DNA of 63,644 bases, counting the filler, from Folioceros fuciformis (Eukaryota), in the NCBI GenBank assembly GCA_049999805.1. It is 16 parts of 16 records of this genome, joined end to end, with 100 filler letters (N's around TTAATTAATTAA, not from the genome) between each part and the next. Parts side by side here need not be neighbours in the genome. Positions count along the whole stretch, not along the records: positions 56,958 to 59,340 come from JBNGIO010002976.1; positions 59,441 to 62,320 come from JBNGIO010002978.1; positions 62,421 to 63,644 come from JBNGIO010002983.1; 13 more parts are not named here. One strand, given 5' to 3'. Position 1 is the first letter of the stretch; every line of letters begins with the position of its first letter. Position numbers and translations under genes: made by a program. A model generated the notes under the pieces. That model did not search any database and was not told the origin of the DNA. It was given only the letters and a program-made list of their open reading frames with translations. Shown piece after piece: positions 58,369 through 63,644 of this stretch.

Positions 58369-58953
58369 ATGGATTTGATTTCTTTTAAAAGGAGGAGGCC
58401 TAGAATTAAGAAAAGAGATTGCCCTCCAAGACAGCAAAAACAAGTTAGGATCAAGAATACTAGAAGCAATGGAAGTTCACATATTATAGCAGGAGAGATA
58501 GTTGAAATATCTTCTTGCATAGCTAACTTCATTGCATCTATCCTAATTTCTAGACCAGATCAAGGGAAGGTGATTAAGGTACCTAGACGTGATTTGCTAG
58601 AAGTATTTGGCCCCATTTATATTAAAGCCTTAGAACTAGCCATCCAACATATTCCCAATTTGAGAGCTGGTACTAACACTCCTAAATTTTCTTGTCTGCA
58701 AGGCCTAAACATAGAAACTCACAAACTTGATGACCTAGATAGAGAATTATCTTCTCTAACAATCCAACATCTTGATCTCAAGAGAAAATTAACAAAACTT
58801 AGGACAAAGGTATCCATTCTCTCTAAGTTCAAACATGTGCATGAATTTTCAAGTAAGTCATCATCTCCTAATGCAGGTTATCGTATAAGGGAGGAGTTTC
58901 GAGCTCGCAATAGAGAAGATGAAAAGTTGTACCGTCGAGGCTTAGTCCTCTAA
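58369..58953 (+). CDS. Copia-F extra ORF upstream of gag (194 aa; basic NLS-like N-terminus, coiled coil)
   Basis: Long ATG-initiated ORF in AT-rich DNA; KRRRPRIKKR; LDDLDRELSSLTIQHLDLKRKLTKLRTKV heptads; stop 10 nt before the gag ATG. Confidence 0.6.
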   Translation: MDLISFKRRRPRIKKRDCPPRQQKQVRIKNTRSNGSSHIIAGEIVEISSCIANFIASILISRPDQGKVIKVPRRDLLEVFGPIYIKALELAIQHIPNLRAGTNTPKFSCLQGLNIETHKLDDLDRELSSLTIQHLDLKRKLTKLRTKVSILSKFKHVHEFSSKSSSPNAGYRIREEFRARNREDEKLYRRGLVL

Positions 58954-59440
58954 ATCACCTTCTATGGCTGGAGTGTCTAATATTGAAGAAGAAATTTCAA
59001 CGTCACCAAATACACCCATGATGGATCCTTCTGGGAGTTCTAATCATACCTTGATTAATCATTATGGTGATAGCTTTAAAGAGAAGGATAGGTTCAATGG
59101 AAAGAATTATTATGTTTGGGCTATACGGATGAAAGGAGCCTTGCGACAATGAGACCTCTGGGAAATAGTTGATGGAAGACTTCCCAGACCCACTGAAAGA
59201 TTTGAAGCACACCTTTGAACTTCCTGGGACGTCAGGGACGAGAACGCACAAGACCTTATCATCAGTGGACTTTCGGAGCAAATGGTGATACAGGTAGGTC
59301 ATGCAAAGACTTCCCACGATATGTGGACTCACCTTGCTCANNNNNNNNNNNNNNNNNNNNNNNNNNNNNNNNNNNNNNNNNNNNTTAATTAATTAANNNN
59401 NNNNNNNNNNNNNNNNNNNNNNNNNNNNNNNNNNNNNNNN

Positions 59441-61354
59441 TTCATTGCTAAGGTATTCCAAAGCGTTATCACTTCTAAGTTTCTTCAGTGTACGTCCAGT
59501 TTGGGTTTCTGCCATTTGTACATAGTCGACAAACTTTTCATAGGTTTGGTGACGGTGATGCAGAAAATACAGGTAGTAGTAGTGACTCCATTCGTCAAGG
59601 AACAGCAAGAAATATGTGGCGCCACCAAAGGAGGTAGTCGACATTGGCCCATAGATGTCTGAATGCACGACATCCAACAAACCTGCTGCTTTGGTGGGCT
59701 CTGGATCATTGTATGGCTTCTGTGCCATTTTGCCAATCTGGCAATCTTCACAAAAAAGGTGATCCTGTACTTTGAAAGAGATTGGGTCTTTGTATAATTC
59801 TGGGTTGCTGATTATCTGACGAATGTACGTGATGCTCGGGTGACACAATCTGCTGTGCCAGAAAAAGCTCTTGTCAACATCTGATTTTGCGTCAACTACT
59901 AAACCACGAGGTTGTGCTACAGTAGTATCGAATTGATACAAGTCATTGTAAGTGATTCCTTCTCCAAGTATTTGAGAATGGTTGTTTGCTGATGTCACCA
60001 CACAGCCTGCTGGTGAAAAACATATACGCAGATCATGGTCTGCTACAAGTTTCCTCACTGATAACAAGTTCTTCGTCATGCTAGGTACATGGAGGACGCC
60101 TAAGAGCAGAATTTCCTGTCCCCCATTGAGAGGAAACAGCACATCTCCATAGCCAGCAATAGCCAAACCACTATCATCGCCAAGTAAGACGAACTGGCTG
60201 GTTGGCGCCGACTTGTAAGTGACAAACTTGTCCTTCAATAGGCAGATGTGATGTGTGGCTCCTGAATCCAGGAACCACATGTTAGTATCAGCTTGTGTAA
60301 GGGATAAACATACCGCGAGAATGGTTGGCGGCTTGGCAGCTATCTGTGTGCCATTGGTCTGTCCACGAGTCACTACATGTGACTCTGCACCGGGAGGTGC
60401 ATCACGGCGAGGCTCTCCGGCTCGCTTCTTCCGGCATTCTGATTCGAAATGCCCCGAAATTTTGCACCAATGACATGTGCCTTTTTTCTTCAGACCAGGA
60501 TTGAAGGAGGAGGGTGCTGTATATGGTCGTCCTCGTCCACGACCTCGCCCTCGACTACGTCCTCTGAAGGTGTAGAGGACTTGAGAGGTATATTGTTGAC
60601 CTCGTCCAGTAGCAATTCTGCTGGACTCTTCTTCCAAAAGCGCACCAACCACTTGTGATAAGGTGACTTTCGCTCCTGCTTGATGTGTGAAGGATGTTTG
60701 CGTAGTAACAAAAGCTCTGTAGCTTTGGGGCAGTGATGTAAGGAGGACAGTCACTGCTTGCTTCTCCGACAAGACCTCTCCACAGGATGATAGCTTGGCG
60801 CGCAAGGTCCTGAACCTGTGCATGTGATGCTCAACGCTATCATTATCTTTCATTCGGAGACCATAAAGTTGTCTTGTAGCATTAATGAGAGACATGCCAT
60901 CCTTGGCTGCAAACATGTCCTTAAATAATGTCCAAATCTCCGCAGCAGTTTTCTGCCCTAAGGTATGTTGGATCATGTTTCTGTCAAGAGTAGCAATTAG
61001 GATGCAGCGTGCTCTTTTATCTTGCTTTGTCCATACTTCGATCTCTGCTGAAGTGCCTTTAGGTGTGGCTATTGCTGGATTTGTTATCTTGCCAAGCACT
61101 ATGTCCAACAGATCGTGTTCATCGAAGATGGACTCCATGCGAAGTTCCCAAATTGGGTAATCGGTTCCATTGAACCTGTCTTTGTCCTTTATGTCAACCT
61201 TAAAAGTGTTGTTAGTATTGTTTATTACAGTGTTTGTGGCAGTGCCACCACCTCCTCCACTGCTACTTCCACCACCTCCGCTACCAGACATGATTGGTTT
61301 GGGTGGCGTGTGTCTACGAGGTTCTCTAGGCAACCTGTGTGGAGGAGACCACAT
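59441..61354 (-). CDS. gag-pol: Copia-G Gag-Pol, 3'-partial
   Basis: KVDIKDKDRFNG, CHWCKISGHFESEC, WFLDSGATHH, WHSRLCH, RSDNALEY. Confidence 0.92.
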
Positions 61355-61476
61355 ATACTAATGTACTAATCCCATGTGTGCGGGGTGGAAATTGGGGGCG
61401 TTATTTGCATAACTAGGAAATTCTGCTGAACTCCTCAACTTTCCTTCCCGGACTCTACCTAACAGTCTTAGGGTTG

Positions 61477-61974
61477 CTACAGAATTAATGGTTCAGGGTC
61501 CTGACCAAACATTCTAGCTATACACCCTAAAATCTCTTCTGTTGGTTCAGGGACAAGCATTAAGCCGAAGGTTGGATCACAGCGCGAGACATCTGGAATC
61601 GGTTCAGGATGATTAGCTATGTTATTGACTCTTACAAGTGTTGTGAGAGGGTCAGATTGTATGTTGATTTGAGATAGTTTTTTATTGAGTATGCCAATTT
61701 GTTTCTGAAGGGCAATCTGGTCTTTCTTATAGCTAATGCGTGCAAGGTTTGCTTGGTCTCTTAGGATACCTACACTAAACTTTAGGTTCCTAATGGTGAT
61801 GTGATCGGGTGTGAATTGTGGCTGTGGCGATGGCTGCTGGCGGTTTGAGAAGGGGCGCTGGCCGGTGGAACAATGATGCTGAATGAAACAATTTGGACAG
61901 GATTGCTGGAAAATAAATGGTTGAGGAGGTATATCACATCCTCTGCAGCATCTATGCTTGTTGTTCCGTGTCAT
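61477..61974 (-). CDS. Copia-G extra ORF upstream of gag (165 aa; Cys-rich N-terminus, coiled coil)
   Basis: CCRGC...CPNC...HHC, then LRDQANLARISYKKDQIALQKQIGILNKKL. Confidence 0.5.
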   Translation of the reverse strand: MTRNNKHRCCRGCDIPPQPFIFQQSCPNCFIQHHCSTGQRPFSNRQQPSPQPQFTPDHITIRNLKFSVGILRDQANLARISYKKDQIALQKQIGILNKKLSQINIQSDPLTTLVRVNNIANHPEPIPDVSRCDPTFGLMLVPEPTEEILGCIARMFGQDPEPLIL

Positions 61975-62420
61975 GGTGTAACTGCCTAGCGTCTATCCTT
62001 CCGTGCTCTCTGCCATTTGCTGAGTGCTTGCCAATACTGCTTCAGAAGGCTGATGTAATTGTTCTTCTCTTCTTCTGTCCAATGTGCATTGATGGGAGGT
62101 GCAATCCACGTTGGATGCGATACCATAGCATGCTCCATGCTGCTGAAGTTCAAGAAAGTAATTTCCTAATAGTAGTCCCAAAAGATCTAATCCTTGAGAT
62201 GACTGTAATCACAGATCGCCTAGGGTTGGGTTACTCTGCACATCAGATGTTGTAACTTTCCAAGTAGATGGTGCAGATCCCATACCATAGGGGATCCTGA
62301 TATTGTCCATGGTGCTCTGANNNNNNNNNNNNNNNNNNNNNNNNNNNNNNNNNNNNNNNNNNNNTTAATTAATTAANNNNNNNNNNNNNNNNNNNNNNNN
62401 NNNNNNNNNNNNNNNNNNNN

Positions 62421-63644
62421 TGTTGGATGGCACCTCCTTGCAGCTCTTTGATGTGTTGTATGTACCGTCTATGAGCAAAAGTTTGCTCTATGTTAGAGCA
62501 ATTACCTCTGCTAGACAATATGGATTTAGCTTTGAGCACAACCACTGTTTTCTTTACATAATAAAGGATCCAGGGAACTATGTTGCTAAAGCTATTTTGC
62601 AGGATGATTTGTATCAGTTGGATACCTCTTCTCCTTGTAGTGTTCAGGTGTTGGTGGCTTCTAATTCTCTTCAGGCTAAGCTTTGGCATGTGCGTTTAGG
62701 TCATGTCAACCAGTTTAAACTCAATCTGATGTCCCACTCCAGTTGCTATTGTGAGAAGTTGTCTTCCTGTTTCAAGCACCTTGCACCCTGCAGTGCTTGC
62801 ATATTGTCTAAACAAAAGGAACTTCCCTTTAAAAATCATATGGCTACAAGAGCTAGAGCAGTCCTTGAGTTGATACATGCAGATCTTGCAGGGAAACTTC
62901 CAGCTAAATCTCTTGGTGGGTCTGAGTATTACTTATTTCTCACAGATGATTTTTCTCGCTATACCTGGACTTTTCCTTTACAGCTGAAGAGTGATGCCTT
63001 TGATCATATTTCCACATGGATTCCTATGGTTCAAAGACAAACAGGACATTTGGTTAAGTGTTTTCACACAGATAATGGTGGCGAATTCATTGGACATAGG
63101 TTTGATGACTTGTTTCAGCTTTATGGAATTACAAGGCAATTGTCTATTCCATACACACAACAGCAAAATGGCATGGCTGAGAGAAAGAATCAAACCTTAA
63201 TGGGTATGACCAGAAGTATGTTGGCTTGGGCAGGTATTCCAAAGTCCTGTTGGGCTGAAGCTGTGGTTGCTGCCACTTATATTTTGAATAGAGTTGTCAC
63301 AGCTGCTCTTCCAGGACGTACACCTTATGAGGCGTTTTGGGGTCGCAAGCCAAGTCTTCATCACCTTCGCGTCTTTGGGTCTCCAGCCTTTGCATTCGTT
63401 CCTGAAGCCAAAAGGGTTTAGAAATTAGATCATAGGTCCAAGCCCTTAGTTTTTCTTGGCTACTCAAAAGAATCCAACGCCTGTAAGCTATTTGACCCTC
63501 ATACACATAGGCTAACACTAGCTCATAGAGTTACATTTAGGGAGATTACCTCTTGTAAGTCTGACTCTGTTTGTGGTGATGCTGTTCCCTTGACTGTTGA
63601 GTTGGATGAATCTTCCAGTGAGGTTTCTTCAGTCATGTTTCCTC
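62421..63644 (+). pseudogene. pol: Copia pol fragment (PR-integrase), close relative of family I
   Basis: LWHVRLGH, LIHADLAG, TDNGGEF, QNGMAERKN; frame disrupted after ~63415; similar to 35800-36900. Confidence 0.9.

Larger units (their letters stand above)
57889..59340 (+). mobile_element. Copia family F: LTR 57889-58166, degenerate PBS 58167-58178, extra ORF, disrupted gag from 58964
   Basis: TG...CA LTR with TATA box at ~58084; TTGTATTAGAGC; gag SFKEKDRFNGKNYYVW. Confidence 0.8.
59441..62320 (-). mobile_element. Copia family G 5' portion (partial PBS TCAGAGC at the contig edge, ~960-nt leader with ORFs, gag-PR-IN)
   Basis: The contig ends inside the PBS; the gag-pol frame is intact. Confidence 0.9.

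Overview
This is not one continuous locus. It is 16 short contigs joined by an artificial 100-nt linker (44 N + TTAATTAATTAA + 44 N), plus one 10-N gap at 56425-56434. The DNA is from a land plant, probably a fern, judged from the style of its PLS-class PPR gene (inference). Most of it is nested LTR retrotransposons: about 13 Ty1/Copia pieces from roughly 9 families (labelled A-J here) and several pieces of an Athila/Tat-type Ty3/Gypsy family with a tRNA-Asp PBS. There are also small Mutator and CACTA remnants. Only two host genes are recognisable, both on contig 43864-46859: an intronless NACK1/HINKEL-like kinesin-7 C-terminal region and a PLS-class PPR gene. The most interesting signal is a Copia clade sharing a 'FK(E/D)(K/R)DRF' Gag start and, in most members, a 'C(N/H)WCxIxGHxExxCRKK' zinc knuckle. 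Its members carry (i) extra sense ORFs of 165-194 codons between the PBS and gag, (ii) extra antisense ORFs between pol and the 3' LTR, one with an NLS and an AT-hook, and (iii) non-canonical LTR ends (TG..CT, TG..TA, TA..TA). Family assignments come from motif recognition by eye; no database search was run.
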